From the human T2T-CHM13v2.0 reference genome, Homo sapiens, in assembly GCF_009914755.1 (NCBI RefSeq), contig NC_060937.1: a stretch of DNA of 64,000 nucleotides; one strand, 5' to 3'. The stretch's first letter is position 1. The number at the start of each line of letters is the position of its first letter. A model generated the notes under the pieces. That model searched no databases, had not been told where the DNA came from, and saw only the letters and a list, made by a program, of their open reading frames with translations. A program made the position numbers and the translations under genes. This document shows positions 25,321 through 38,842 of this stretch, in pieces.

Positions 25321-26342
25321 GAGCATAATTTCAAGTCCCATATCCCTTTACCCTAGTATAAACAAGAAATGGTAAGGGTCACTTGTTGCCTTCACATTCC
25401 CAAGTCGTTCTGCAATTGTACCCCATACAATCCATGTGGCCAAACACAACAGCCCTGTTCTTTCCCCATCGTAAAAAGACTCTTTAGAAGAAACAGCAAT
25501 AAAGTTATAAGATGAAGATTTCTTTGTTGAATATCAGTCAAAAGAAACTAGGACAACTAACAAAGACAGCTCAGAATCCTCCTGGAGTTATGCTATAGAA
25601 AAAAATATGATCTGTCCACCTGCTTTGCTAATTTGAGCTCAAGAACTTGAGCATCAAGACAGTTTATTTTTTTCCATTATTAAAAAACCCTTTCCATGAG
25701 TAGCAGCCAGCCTATCCTTCCATTACCTACAGAGCCATCCACTTAATGAAGAAAGAGTTTGTTTAGAGTACAATGAAGATAGACAAACCACTGGGGACAA
25801 GGTTTTGCCAATGAGAAGCCCTAAAGCTCTGATACAGCAAATAGCTCCTGCCAGGAAGTCTTATTTTTAGTTAGGAAATAATTTTCTACAAGCCATGCAA
25901 GTTCTGCTTGCTTTGTATTTAAGATTCAAAGAATCTTTATTCTTGGCAACCTGAAAATAAAAAATCAACTAAATGCTCTCTTTTGGCTTTAAGACCCCAA
26001 AATGAGGGTAATGAAAGGTACAGTGGCTTTTGATTTGAAGTTAAACCCCTGTTCCTTCAAGTCATTGTCTGAATTTCAAGTACAAAGCATTGTATAATGA
26101 GCCTCATCAGAGTAACCTAGTTTGGGAGGCTAAAATAAAATGAAATACATGTAAAATATTTGTAAACTGTATGAATAAGTTATTAGCTCACAGAGGTTCT
26201 ACTCTTAACTCCCTCTTTCTTGAATATTCCTCAGGCAATACAGAAAATATTACATTTAAGTTGCACTTAAGGTGTAAATATGACAAAAAGAGTCTGACAG
26301 GCAGGAAGAGCCAAGCCCTGACCATACTGTGAAGTGACATGA

Positions 26343-26743
26343 TGTCTTTGTCCATTTCAGCTGCTGTAACAAAATTCCTGAGATTGGGTAATTTATAATG
26401 AACAGAAATTAATTGGCTCCTGGCTCTGGAGGCTGGCAAGTCCAAGATCAGGGTCAGCATCTGGCAAGGGCTTTCTTGCTGTATCATCTTATAGCAGAAA
26501 GTGGAAGGCCAAAGAGAGAGCAAGAGAGATAGAGAGAGAAAAGGGGCCCAAATTTGTTATTTTATAAGGAATCCATTCCACGAATATGAGCCCACTCTCA
26601 TGATAACAGCATTGATCCATTCCTGAGGCATCAGAGCCCTCATGCCCTAATCACCTCTCATTAGGCCCCACCACTTAACACAGCTGCATTGGGGATTCAG
26701 TTTCCAACATATGCTTTTGGGGGAACACATTCAAACCACAGCA
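26343..26743 (-). mobile_element. ERVL-MaLR solo LTR (MSTC/MSTD-like)
   Basis: 'tgtctttgtccatttcagctgctgtaacaaaa...ggaggctggcaagtccaagatca...cctaatcacctctc...acacattcaaaccacagca'. TSD-like flanks catga/catgc. Confidence 0.9.
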
Positions 26744-26864
26744 CATGCATTATCTCCTCTGGGCATATCCACTTCATGTACAGTCTTTGTCCTTTTCACA
26801 GTATTTTGCTTGGAAATCCATTTGTTTAACCAATCCTGTCTTTTTAGAATACTACTCCCTCCAG

Positions 26865-27311
26865 TGTGCAACAGACAAGCTTTCCCTCAAAATCAGTTCT
26901 CTACTCTTGCCCTAGGCATTGGGCTGCACAGCTAGAAACTATATTTCCAGGCCTCCTTTGCTTTTAGGTTTAGTCATGTGACTAGGTTCTTATCAATGGA
27001 AGTGAGTAAAAACAGTGTGTTCTACTTCCAAAGCTTGGCCATAAAACCTCAGTTATGTACTCCACCATTCCTTTTTTCTCATTTCCTCATAAGCTAAAAC
27101 AGGGACATAATGGTGGTCAGCTACAATAAAGCCCTAAAGGATAGCAGAGCAGCAACATGGAAATATGCTGGGTCTCTGAATAACATAACAAAGCCAAGCT
27201 ACTCTGTCAGAATAAATTGGTTGAACTACAATAGGAGAAAAATAACTTTCTATCTTCTTTAAGTGACGGTCTCTTTGTCATAGCAGCTTAGCTTTTACCA
27301 TCACAAATACA
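26865..27311 (+). mobile_element. Old MaLR LTR (MLT1H/I/J-like)
   Basis: 'tatttccaggcctcctttgc...gtcatgtgactaggttct...gagaaaaataactttcta...ctctttgtcatagcagc'. Confidence 0.7.
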
Positions 27312-27569
27312 GAAGAAATTGACTTGTTCAACCAAATTCTGCCTTTTAATGCCACCTTTCCCAGAAGGAACTCCATTTGAATATGGAATCCTGATAATTC
27401 AAAAATGTTTTAAAGTCCAAAATAGATTATGTAACTGTATAAACCCAAGTCACTGGTGATAAATATCTAAGCCCGACATTTATTTATAACAACACATAAT
27501 TGAATTGTTCAATTGAAACAATTAACAACAAAAAAACTAATTTTCAAGTACTGATATAAAATAAGTTGG

Positions 27570-27810
27570 GGTATCAGTGTGATAAAAAGTATGGTAACAT
27601 GGAAAGGAGGCAGGAAGACCAAGGTTTCAATTCAAGGTCTCACAATTAAGAGCTGTGTGACTTTGGGCATGTTTTTTTTTTTTTTTTACATTTCTCTGGC
27701 CCTCGATGAAATGTATATAATAAGAGAGTATGACAATCCACCACATGATGTTAAAATAAGTGTTTAGCCTGGTAACTGGCAAATAGGTGGTCAGCAAGAG
27801 TGAAGCTACT
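27570..27810 (+). mobile_element. MIR SINE
   Basis: 'agctgtgtgactttgggca...gtgtttagcctggtaactggcaaataggtggtcagcaa'. Confidence 0.65.
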
Positions 27811-29979
27811 AGCAGTAGTGCTTTAATTAATGAACATATATACAGAAAACAGCTATAAAGGACAATTCCTCTCACTGAAACACTATTAAAAATCCTTTGG
27901 CAACTATGTTGATGAGAACTCTTTCAAGTCCCGCTCAGGTTTCTCTTCTTGGGTTGTCTAGACTAAGCAGATGCTCTGAAGCATCTCTTACTATTCTCAT
28001 CCCATCCTGTTCTGCACTGGGATGCTTTTCCTAATGTAGAAGCCCCTCATCATTATATTTAGTAAGCGCTAATTCCTTACCTATGTGATTCCTTCAAAGC
28101 TTCCCCTAAATTCTAAGTTTTAAATGAGAGTACTACAAACGCGGTCTGTATTCTCCATGTGTCCTGTAAAATTTAAACTGGTACTTATTACTCTGAGACT
28201 GAATCTTCTTGGAATTTGAGGAGTACTGTAGATCTGTGCTGGGTCTGAATTATGCATTTTTGAGTTCTGTATTTGTCTTGAGTTCTTTTGTTGAAAAGTG
28301 TAACTTGCAAGTTGGGTGTGCAGTAGAAATCTCATCCCTGATACACAGAAATAGGGATGCCATGGTTTTTGTGCAGCTCCCACATCCTCTCTGGTTTCCT
28401 AGGGTTCTACTTTTTGACCAATTCACACACAAAATTGCATGAGCTAATAAATAAATAAATAAGCACAGCACTTTAAATGAAAAAAAAAAAACTTCCTTAA
28501 AATTATATTATTATCAAATTAAAGAAATTTGAAGGCTTTTGGGGAAACAATGGATGAGAGCCGAGTGTACAATTGTCATGTGAATCTATATGAATTATCT
28601 CAAGTCCTTTAGGTTTTTCATGTCATTGCATACAATGAGCTGAATATTTTAATCAGGTGAAGATCAGGGTGCCATTTTAATCACACAACTGGTTTTGTGA
28701 GGCAAATATATCTTCTTCTCAAGTAAAGAATATTGAAAATGCCAGTGAAATGTGCCTGACCCAGCACAGAGAAAGAAACTGTGCTCCATCCCAGCAGAGG
28801 CCATGTGGATGGCCTCTTGTATCCTAGGATACCTTTCCAAGGAAGAACCACATGTTTCTGTTAACACACATAAATACACAGAGGAAAACAGATTTAATGT
28901 GTTTAAACCCGGAAATGATATAATTTCACAATAGTAGCCTTTCAATAAGGTAGTAGAAAAAACATCAATTTATTCTTATAACATGAAATATGGAAACTAC
29001 TAACTACCTCTAATCAACATCAAAAGATAAGAAAAGCAGTTGCTCTCCATTTAGGGAATGCCTGCAGAGATATTTATCACATCTTCTTTTCAGAAATCCC
29101 AACCAGTGGACAAATCAGCTCCGTATGTGTGCTCTTTCTTTAAATGATCCCAAATGCCATCTACAGCCTACCTGAGCTTGAGTGAGTCATGCAGTCATAT
29201 CTATACAAAGACAAGGTACACAGACAGCCTCTCCGAAGAGTTACTTGTAATAATTCAGATCCAAAAGAATAATGTAGTTGTGTGTCTCCCTATGCTTATA
29301 GCAGTTTGTAAATATAAACACTTCTATTAGAAGCTGGTAGTTAGAAAACGTTAGAGAACAATTACTGAAATGTCTTTAAAGTATTTACGATGAGTCTTTT
29401 AAAAATGTAGACTAAGTTTTACCAGGAAAGGCTCATGTTGGCCTTATTTTTATTTTCATGACTGGGGCTCATCAAAGTGCCTAGCATATAGGAGAGATTC
29501 AATAGAAAGGTTTCTAAATGAAGGAGTAAATTTATGAAATAAGTAATGGTAACTTAGAAGTAGAAAAAAATTATCCATAAACTCAAATTCAGCTAACATT
29601 AATATTTCTATATAATTTCCTTTAGATTGTTAATTTTATAAGGATTTAATGAAAAATAATTTTAATAGGATGGTAGCATTTCCTGAACACACACTATCCT
29701 CTGGACTAAATAAACACCTCTCAGCATTACCTGATTTAATAAGCACACTGCGTGTGTTGAGGGCTTCTATTACCCTCAAAAAACAGTTATGAGAATTGAG
29801 ATATGTTTTTAAAGTGTCATTTGATATTTAAAATTTAAATTTTTGCTTAATATTCAGGAACAAATCTGCGTGCAAGACAGATCAAGTGCATACAATTTTA
29901 AAGTATAGTAAGAAAAACACAAACTTAGCAGCTTACAGTCTGGTAAAAACCGGATGCCTTCATTTTTCCTACTTACCAC

Positions 29980-30150
29980 TTGAAAAACTTGCAATTGATC
30001 ACGATACATAAAACATTACCAATGTTTTGTTTCATTCCTTTCTTTCTAAAACAGATTATGTGATAGGTGGACATTTTCATTTTCTTTTGTCTTAGAAAAG
30101 AAGTGAAGCACAGAAAGTTCAAGTAATTTAGCCAAGATATCTGATAAGCC
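29980..30150 (-). mobile_element. MIR fragment
   Basis: 'gaagtgaagcacagaaagttcaagtaatttagccaagatatc' is antisense MIR core. Confidence 0.55.
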
Positions 30151-30635
30151 ACTGCGAGATACATTCACAGAATTCATCTCTCCTTTACAGCTAGACTACT
30201 GCTTTTGCTATATGTATTCTCAAAAAATTTAAGAATGATCATACTCAATATGAGAATTGATAAAGCAAATGACCATCAGTATCAACGTTGTTACACCCCT
30301 TGGCAGTCATTATAATGTTAAGATTTTCAAATAGCCAATCAGCCTTCAAATGTTGAATTAACAAAGGAGAGCAAGCAATGCTACACAGATGTAACTATCT
30401 AGGCTACCTTTTGAAAATCAAGGTGAGTTGGTTTGAAAGTGTAATGGCAAACCCTCAACTTATATCCCAACGCCATGCAAAAGCACTTAAAACAGATGGA
30501 GCTGGCACTGACAGAGAAGGCAAAGCAAATTTCAACACAGAGAAACACAAATCCTTGTTATTCATTGGGGAAAATGAGGAAATTTTATATCCAGGTTTGT
30601 TAGGCAGTTAATGATTGACTCTATTATGTTTCAAT

Positions 30636-32275
30636 GAATCAACATCAAGTTAGTTTAAAATGGCCATATTCCACAAAGCAATTTATAGATTCAATGCTGT
30701 TCCTATCAAACTACCAATGACATTCTTTACAGAAGTAGACAAAACTACTTTAAATTTTATATGGAACATATATATATATATATATATCCCAAATAGCCAA
30801 GGCAATTCTGAGCAAAAAGAACAAAACTGGAGGCTTCACGTAACCCTTCAAACTATACTACAGTGCTGCAGTAACCAAAACATCATGGTACTAGTACAAA
30901 AACAGACACATAGACCAATGGAATGGAATACAGAGCCCAGAAATAAGGTTGCACTCCTACAACCATCTGATCTTCAACAAAGCTGACAAAAGTAACCAAT
31001 GGGGAAATGACTCTCTATTCAATAAATGGTGCTGGGAAAACTTGTTAGCCATATGCAGAAGACTGAAACTGGACCACTTCCTTACACCATATGCAAAGTT
31101 CAAGACGGATTAAGAATTTAAATATAAAATCAAAAACTATAATAACCCTGGAAGACAACCTAGGCAATATCACTTTGGACATAGGAACTAGCAAAGATTT
31201 CATGATGAAGATGCCAAAAACAATCTCAACAAAAGCAAACCTTGACAAACGGTATTTCATTAAACTTAAGAGCTTCTACACAGCAAAAGAAAATATCAAC
31301 AGAGTGAACAGACAACCTACAGGATGGGAGAAAATATTTGCAAATTATGCATCTGAGGTCTAATATCCAGCATCTATAAAGAACTTAAAGAAATTTACAA
31401 GAAAAAAAAATCAAACAACCCCATTAAAAACAAGTGGGCAAAGAACATGAACAGGCACTTTTCTAAAGAAGACATACATGAGGCCAACAAGCCTATGAAA
31501 AAAACCCTCAATATCACTGATCATTAGAAAAATGTAAATCAAAACCACAATGAGATACCATTTCACACCAATCAAAATGACTATTATTAAAAATTCAGAA
31601 AATAATAGATGCTGGCAAGGTTGCAGATAAAAAGGAATGCTTATACACTGTTGGAGGAAGTATAAATTAGTTCAACCATTGTGGAAAGCAGTGTGGTGAT
31701 TCCTCAAAGAGCTAAGAACAGAACTATCATTCAACTCAGCAATCTCATTACTGGGTATATACCCAAAGGAAAATACATCGCTCTACCATAATGGCACATG
31801 CACACATATGTTAATTGCGGCACTATTCATAACAGCAAAGACATGGACTCAACCTAAATGCTCATCAATGGTAGGCTGCATGAAGAAAATGTGGTATATA
31901 TATCCTATGGGATACTACACAGCCATAAAATAAAAGGAGATCATGTCCTTTGCAGGAATGTGGATGGAGCTGGAGGCCCTTATCCTTAGCAAACTAACAT
32001 AGGAATGGAAAGCCAAATAGTGCATGTTCTCACTTAGAAGTGGGAACTAAATGACGAGAACACATGAACACAAAGAGAAACAACAGACACTGGGGCCTAT
32101 TTGAGGGTGGAGTGTGGGAGGAGGGAGAGGAACAGTAAAAAAGCAACTATTAGGTACTAGGCTTAGTAGCTGGTGTGACAAAATAATCTGTGCAACAAAC
32201 CCCCACAACACGAGTTTATCTATTTAACAAACCTGCACATGTACCCTTGAACCTAAAATAAAAGTTTTTTTAAAA
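30636..32275 (+). mobile_element. 5'-truncated L1PA (L1PA13-15-like): ORF2 3' part and 3'UTR, disabled
   Basis: ORF fragments '[20 protein letters not shown]' and '[22 protein letters not shown]...[25 protein letters not shown]' are L1 ORF2p. The 3'UTR ends 'aacctgcacatgtacccttgaacctaaaataaaag'. A (TA)n tract lies at about 30768-30787. Confidence 0.97.
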
Positions 32276-32479
32276 GTATATACTTTGCTTGTAAGGCATG
32301 GTTTTCAGCATTTTGGAATATATAAAGAAGTAGAAAATATTGTCCCTTTCTTTTTGACTCTTAGAAATTATTAATGTATACTTCTTTACCAACTAAAATA
32401 AAATGAGGAAACAGATAAAATGAGACAATGCTGCAGACATGCATTTTACACAGGTTTAGAGTACATATATCTTATTTGA

Positions 32480-33200
32480 GATATTCAAGATTCCAGTAAG
32501 AGCAGAGGGGTGGGAAGTAGATTTGATGTGTTCAGTATAAAAATGTGGATACCAGTCTGACTCAAGCATAGTGTTTGTATAAAAGGAAAAGTGGAGTACA
32601 GAGTGGGAGAGGGAGATGGGGGCCAGATTACCAAGAGGTTTGGATTCTGGGCTAAGTTTGGATTAAATTCACCAGGAAATTGTGAGCCGTGTATTTTGCA
32701 CCAGGAATTAACAGAATGAAAGCCATGTTTTAGGACGGCTTCAGGTGAAATACACAAAACATATTACATGCAGAAAGAAAAAGTGAAGAGAGAAAAAATG
32801 TCCACACCATCTTTCGTGATGTGAAAAATAAATGAACAAGACAGGCAGTAGAACGAAAGCTGAAAAAAGCATTAAAAGAAAAGAATGATTGAGACTTGAT
32901 GTCTGATTACATATAAAGCAAGGGAGCAGGAGGAGTCCAAACCCCAAAATTTCAAGTCTAGATGGTCAAGAGAATAACAGTGCCATTGATAGACTAAGGA
33001 AGTGCAGGAAGTAATGTCCTGGGAAAGAAAGAATTGAGTTTGAGATACATGGGTTCTAGGTATGGTGGGGCATCTATGTAGAGCCACGGAATGCTCATTG
33101 CAGACATAAACCCGGAAACGTGAATGGAGGCTAGATGGAAGTCACGGCCTGAAGATGAAGATTTAAGAGCATTTACTACAATGGATGAGATTTCCAAAAA
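32480..33200 (-). mobile_element. L2 fragments
   Basis: 'ggccagattacc...tttggatt', 'gaattgagtttgagatacatg', 'ggctagatggaag...gaagatttaagagc' resemble antisense L2. Confidence 0.55.
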
Positions 33201-33565
33201 TGATAGAAAGATTTACCAAGGAGTGGGAGTTTATCCCTGTTACTCCCTTACTTGAGAACAAGCAAAAGGAGACACACGGAGCAAGAACTTGTTAAAAAAG
33301 TAGACAGAACTTGGATAGCAAAATGTTGTTCAAATCAGAAGGGATATTCCTAAAGTGGTCAGAGAGCACAAGTGCTAAAAAAACAAACAAACAAAAAATG
33401 TAAATTGACCACAATCAGAAAGAAAAGGTTGGCCTTGAAGACAGCAGTTTTGCAGAACAATGGGAGCTGTCGTTGAGGGTCATGGACAGAGCAGACAGTG
33501 CGGAATGCAGACTGTGTGTGAGAGTGACCAACAGCTCAGAGAATTATGGTATGGTACTGAGAGGG

Positions 33566-33596
<31 letters not shown>

Positions 33597-33606
33597 CGCA
33601 CACATG
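33566..33606. repeat. (TG)n microsatellite with an alternating purine-pyrimidine extension
   Basis: Directly visible. Confidence 0.95.
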
Positions 33607-34594
33607 GGCGCATGCACATTTGAGGGTATCTTCTGTTATCTTCTGTGTTGAAATATGTAACGCTGAATGTTGACATAGGACTACACCTGTGTCTATTTCA
33701 ACCGAGTCACCAATCTGGTGGTCCTCAGATATCTGAGTGAAAGACAGCACTTCCTTCTTGTTCCCCAATTCCTAAGCAACAGTCTTGGGAAACTCTTTCA
33801 CATCTCTTGAATTATTTGGTGCAATTCAAAGATACATAAAGGATTTCTTCAGTTAGAGTGCAGAGCATTTTCTTCCTCCTCCTCATGAGAAATCTCTCAT
33901 GGACTCTAGAACCAATTACCATGGGCTGGGAGGGAGAAGGACTGGCTATGCTCTCTGACAGTGGACTAAGGGGGAGGCATGAGTACTCCTCCCTGGACCA
34001 GGCCCAGCCACAAAAGAAAGGGAGATGGTCTTGATCCTGCCTATGTAAGAAGACCACCCCCAGGGTAAAAAGACACATGTGTTCCCTATCAATGGAACTG
34101 TTGGAGAGGACACCCCTCAAAGCACCATCATGGAAGGAGTAAGCTTTAACATCAGCCAAGCTGACAGAAAGAAACAGAGCTAGGTCACAACTGTCTTTCT
34201 GCCTAGCCTCTTACCTACACTGTGCCCTATCAAGGAGTTAAACGCAGTTACCAAAGGGAGGAAGTGCACAAGGAGAGGACAGCCACAATTTCCCTGGGAC
34301 ACAGGCTTCCAATGTGAACCTCCTCTGACCTGGGAGAAGTCCAAGGTTAATGCACTTCTTTGGAATCTTAATTTTTGCACAGTATATTGTGCATATGCTT
34401 TTGGAATTAAGTCTGTTTTTATAGCAAGAGGAATTTCATTATCTGAAAGTGATCAAATATCATAGCCTCATCCAAGCCTCCTCCAAAGGAAAAGCAGACC
34501 ACCCCCACCAATGTGGAAAGGAACAGGGTAGGCAAAGTGGAGTTGATTTTTAATGAGTTCAGACATAAGTGTGACTGGCATTGAATATTATGTT

Positions 34595-34795
34595 CCCCTT
34601 CTGGGAAACCACGGTGCATTTTGCTATATTAAAAGCCCTGAGAAATCCTGCAATAAAGAAGCCTGTTCACTTTGTTAACCCTGGTATTTCCCAAATTTAT
34701 TTAAAGAGACATATTTGTTTCAGAGAATGCTGATTAATATGCTGATAAACTAAGATTAATATTTCATTAAACAGAGTTTGAAAAGCATTGTTCTA
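34595..34795. mobile_element. hAT-Charlie-type DNA transposon remnant
   Basis: 'ccctgagaaatcctgcaataaagaagcctgttcactttgttaaccctggtatttcccaaatttattt...agagtttgaaaagcattgttctag'. Confidence 0.55.
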
Positions 34796-36304
34796 GACAT
34801 TTGGCATATTACTAAATCTCTATCCCGTAAAACATATTTAGGAATGCCTACATACAAAATGACTTACTCCAAAGAAGGACCTATTTAGTGTTATTCCTTT
34901 ATTTATAAATTTTGTAATAAAATATCTTTAGAGTAATTTTTCTGCAAATCTTTGCTTAGCTAACCTCATTGAGAAATTAAGCATCTTACATACACGAATT
35001 TTCTGGATAACCAGAACTTTCTCCTATAAACTTTAACACTTAAAAATATCAACCATTGAAAATAAAACCTCTGAATTCAGATTTTTATTACACGAAGTTT
35101 TCATTATAAACATGAATGTTTCATTATAAACATGAATGCTATATTCATTATATTTGATGAATTCATTATATTTGATGAATGCTACATCAAATCACTACTC
35201 ATTGGTATGGTATCTTTGTCTCTGGGAACTACGGAGATAGAGGTACAAGGTTCCCTCCTGGCTGCTGACTTCTTAAGGCCTGGATGTCTGTTTGAAAATT
35301 CCTTTTATTTCCTGTCTTGCAATCCACCTGTCTGCTGCTGCACCCAGTCAGAAGGCTCTGAGTGAGGGCTGGAGCTTTTATGGCACTCTAAGCCTCTGGA
35401 CTTTGTAAAAACTGTTGGTTCCCCAAGAACCTTTTCTGTTGGCTTGTTGGATTTTGTTTTATTCACTTCCAAATTCAATCTTTTAAAACATCAAGAAACA
35501 GGATCTCATGATGAAACAGCATTTCCTTCATCCTGAGGACTGCTGCAGACAGTAAAGTTTGTACACTGCATAAAGGACAAAAACAAGGGGCGAGGAGGGC
35601 TAGAGTCCAGTAGAGATGCCAGCCATCGAGTTCTGAGCCTATGGGATTTGGGTTTTCTCTACTAGCTATGCTCTGCACAATCAGAGGAGACACCTTTTCC
35701 AAATTCACGTTGGGGCAATTGGAACCCAGTATCCCTCGTGCTTCAGTGGAAATCAGATGCCACACCCTTTACATGACTCTTTTTAGACTTCCCTTCCTGC
35801 ATCCTCCAAATGATGTTACCAAATCTCTCCTTCCACCAAGCCTCATCCAATCCCCAAACAATTTTCCCTTTATTTGCAAAAGCACACCCTTATCTAAATA
35901 TCACTGATAAATTTGAAATGAAATTTATGAATCCAGAGAACTCATTTTCTTTGTTCCTCTGCATCTCAGCCTACAGAGGCTATGACCCACAAATGGATAA
36001 AATTAATTATGAGCATAATGCTGTACCAGTCCAGTCACAATGTTTTACTGATCCCAGACACCTGTATATCGATGCGGCTAATCTAATCTATCTGGACCAT
36101 GTTAGGAAGGAAGATAGCTGGGAAAGGCATTATGCACATTTTGCAACCAAATAGAAAAAGAAAATGAGCCACTTGCGAAATGTAGGTTGCATGGGAAGAA
36201 CTGGAGCAGGACACATCCTAAGGGTTGACATGCACTTTTTTACATGGCTGAGGCCACTGAGGCAAGACCCAGCCCTGCTAGAGTGGGAAACTCACTGGTT
36301 TCAT

Positions 36305-36436
36305 GGGGCAAAAGCAGTATTCAGGTTTTGATTCTCCCACTTAACTGCTGTACAACTTTGCTAAGCTTCAATTCCCTCATCAATAAAATGGAATCAGTAA
36401 TAATAACTTGCTTAACAAGGCGAGGATTTCATGAAA
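36305..36436 (+). mobile_element. MIR fragment
   Basis: 'ccacttaactgctgtacaactttg...cttcaattccctcatcaataaaatggaatcagtaataa'. Confidence 0.65.
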
Positions 36437-36438
36437 TA

Positions 36439-37811
36439 TAGCCGTACCTTGGTATCCGAGGGGACTGGTTCCAGGACCTCCCAGAGATGCCCAAATCTGC
36501 AAATACTCAAGTCCCTATTATAAAATGGCATAGTATTTGCATATAACCTTGGCACATCTTCCCATATACTTTCAATCATCTCCAGATGAGTTAGAATACC
36601 TAATATGATGCAAATGCTATGTAAATAGCTGTTATACTCCATTGTTTCTTATATGTATTTTTATTGTTGTATTCTTATTCTTTTTTTTTTAATTATACTT
36701 TAAGTTTTGGTTAAATGGGTACATGCTCAGAACGTGCAGGTTTGTTACACAGGAATACACGTGCCATGGTGGTTTGCTGCACCCATTAACCCAACATCTA
36801 CATTAGGTATTTCTCCTAATGCTATCCCTCCCTTAGCTCCCCACCCCACAACAGGTCACTGTGTGTAATGTTCCCTTCCCTGTGTCCATGTGTTCTCATT
36901 GTTCAACTCCCACTTATGAGTGAGAACAAGTGATGTTTGGTTTTCTGTTCTTGTATTAGTTTGCTGAGAATGATGGTTTCCAGCTCCATCCATGTCCCTG
37001 CAAAGGACAAGAACTCATCATTTTTTATGGCTGCATAGTATTCCATGGTGTATATGTGCCACATATTCTTTATCCAGTCTATAATTGATGGGCATTTGGG
37101 TTGGTTCCAATTCTTTACTATTGTGAACAGTGCCACAATAAACATACGTGTGCATGTAACTTTACAGTAGAATGACTTATAATCCTTTGGGTATATACGC
37201 AGTAATGGGATTGCTGGATCAAATGGTATTTCTAGTTCTAGATCCTTGAGGAATCGCCACACTGACTTCCACAATGGTTGAACTAGTTTACACTCCCACC
37301 AACACTGTAAAAGTGTTCCTATTTCTCCACATCCTCTCCAGCATCTGTTGTTTCCTGACTTTTTAATGATCACCATTCTAACTGGCATGAAATGGTATCT
37401 CACTGTGGTTTTGATTTGCATTTCTCTAATAACCAGTGATGATGAGCTTTTTTTCATATGTCTTTTGGCTGCATAAATGTCTTCTTTTGAGAAGTGTCCG
37501 TTCATATCCTTCGCCCACTTTTTGATGGGGTTGTTTTTTTCCTGTAAATTTGTTTAAGTTCTTTGTAGATTCTGGATATTAGCACTCTGTCAGATGGATA
37601 GATTGCAAAAATTTCCCCCATTCTGTAGGTTGCCTGTTCACTCTGATGATAGTTTATTTTGCTGTGCAGAAGCTCTTTAGTTTAATAAGATCCCATGTGT
37701 CTATTTTGGCTTTTGCTGTACTCTTACTCTTTATGGGTTTTTTTCCCCCACATATTTTCGATCTGTGGTTAGTTGAATTGGGATGTGGAATCAGATACAG
37801 AAGGCTGGCTG
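36439..37811 (+). mobile_element. MER2 (TcMar-Tigger) DNA transposon split by an L1 insertion (parts about 36439-36680 and 37717-37811)
   Basis: Left part 'ccttggtatccgagggggactggttccaggacc...ctcaagtccctattataaaatggcatagtatttgcatataacc'; right part 'atattttcgatctgtggttagttgaat...gatacagaaggctggctg'. Confidence 0.9.
36681..37716 (-). mobile_element. 5'-truncated L1PA (L1PA7-like) with 200-aa ORF2 C-terminal remnant (36903-37505)
   Basis: The ORF contains '[26 protein letters not shown]...EIPFDPAIPLL...WHIYTMEYYAAIK' (L1 ORF2p C-terminus). TSD tgtattcttattc at 36668-80 and tgtactcttactc at 37717-29. Confidence 0.98.
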
Positions 37812-38627
37812 GAGGTGAAAGAACTGTAAACTGTAAATTGTACTGTATAAACAAATAAACTTTAAATGCTATATAAGCCTCTTAATTAAGGAACCCTTGT
37901 GATTAGAAGTAAACTGGGATAGGAAAATTTCCATTTCATTGACACAAGTCTCTTTCTTGTCCCTCCTCTCAATAAAGATGAAGATTTTATTCCCTCACCT
38001 CATGTGATTTTGAACTAATACAGGTCAAGTGAAGGTAAACAATGAACACAGTACACGGTAACACCACCCAAGGGTAGTAAGGTTTCCACCCCAGCAAGAG
38101 AGGGAAAGACTGGTTGGTGATGGTGAATTTCTCCATTATTTGGAAAAACTGCTCATTAAGTTAACAACCTTAAACAATCCCAAAACTTCCAAAAATATAA
38201 CATGGATAGCAGCCTTTATAAAGTTAACTTGGTTAATATTTTTGTTAATCTCACGGTGAGTGCTTATGGCACAAACTCACAATGCAGGTTGTCTGTGAGG
38301 GTTCGGCCATTGTCCCAAAATGTTAGAGATGGGTAAAGTCAGCCTGGGGGATCTACTGGAGCTCTGGATCAGATCTGAGGTCATAGTTGAAAATACGTTA
38401 CAGGTGGAGCTCAGGGGCTGAACCAAGATCCTCATAGTTGGGTTTACAGGAGCTTCCAGGCGAGTCCAGGAGCCTCTTTGTCACTCCAAATAACCCTGGA
38501 CTCAGAAGCAATTTTATACTTTATTAAGATTCCTAAGAATTCTGATGGCCAGAAGCCCCTAGAAGACCTCCATTTGAGGCTATCTGTAAGGAAGACCTAC
38601 CACGTGGTCCTCGTCGTTGGTACAGAT

Positions 38628-38842
38628 GAGGGTTTCTCAACAGCAGAACTTTTGACATTTGGGGGGCTAAAGAATTCTGTGATGGGGAGCTGTCATGTCC
38701 ATGGTAGGAAATTCAACAGCATCCCTGGCCTCTACCCACTAAATGCACGTAGCATCATCCCTCAGTTATAACAACTAAAAATGTACTAGACATTGCCAAA
38801 TGTCCCCTGAGGAGCAAAATGGCTCCCAGTTGGGAACCACTG
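38628..38842 (-). mobile_element. MER20 hAT-Charlie DNA transposon
   Basis: 'gggtttctcaac...cagcatccctggcctctacccactaaatgc...agacattgccaaatgtcccctg...gttgggaaccactg'. Confidence 0.9.

Noticed and set aside
30660-31363. 108-aa and 90-aa ORFs
   Set aside because: Frameshifted L1 ORF2 fragments.
33812-34159. 115-aa minus-strand ORF
   Set aside because: Non-ATG start, no recognisable family, no paired donor site.
36903-37505. 200-aa ORF as a host gene
   Set aside because: It is the C-terminus of L1 ORF2p in a 5'-truncated element.
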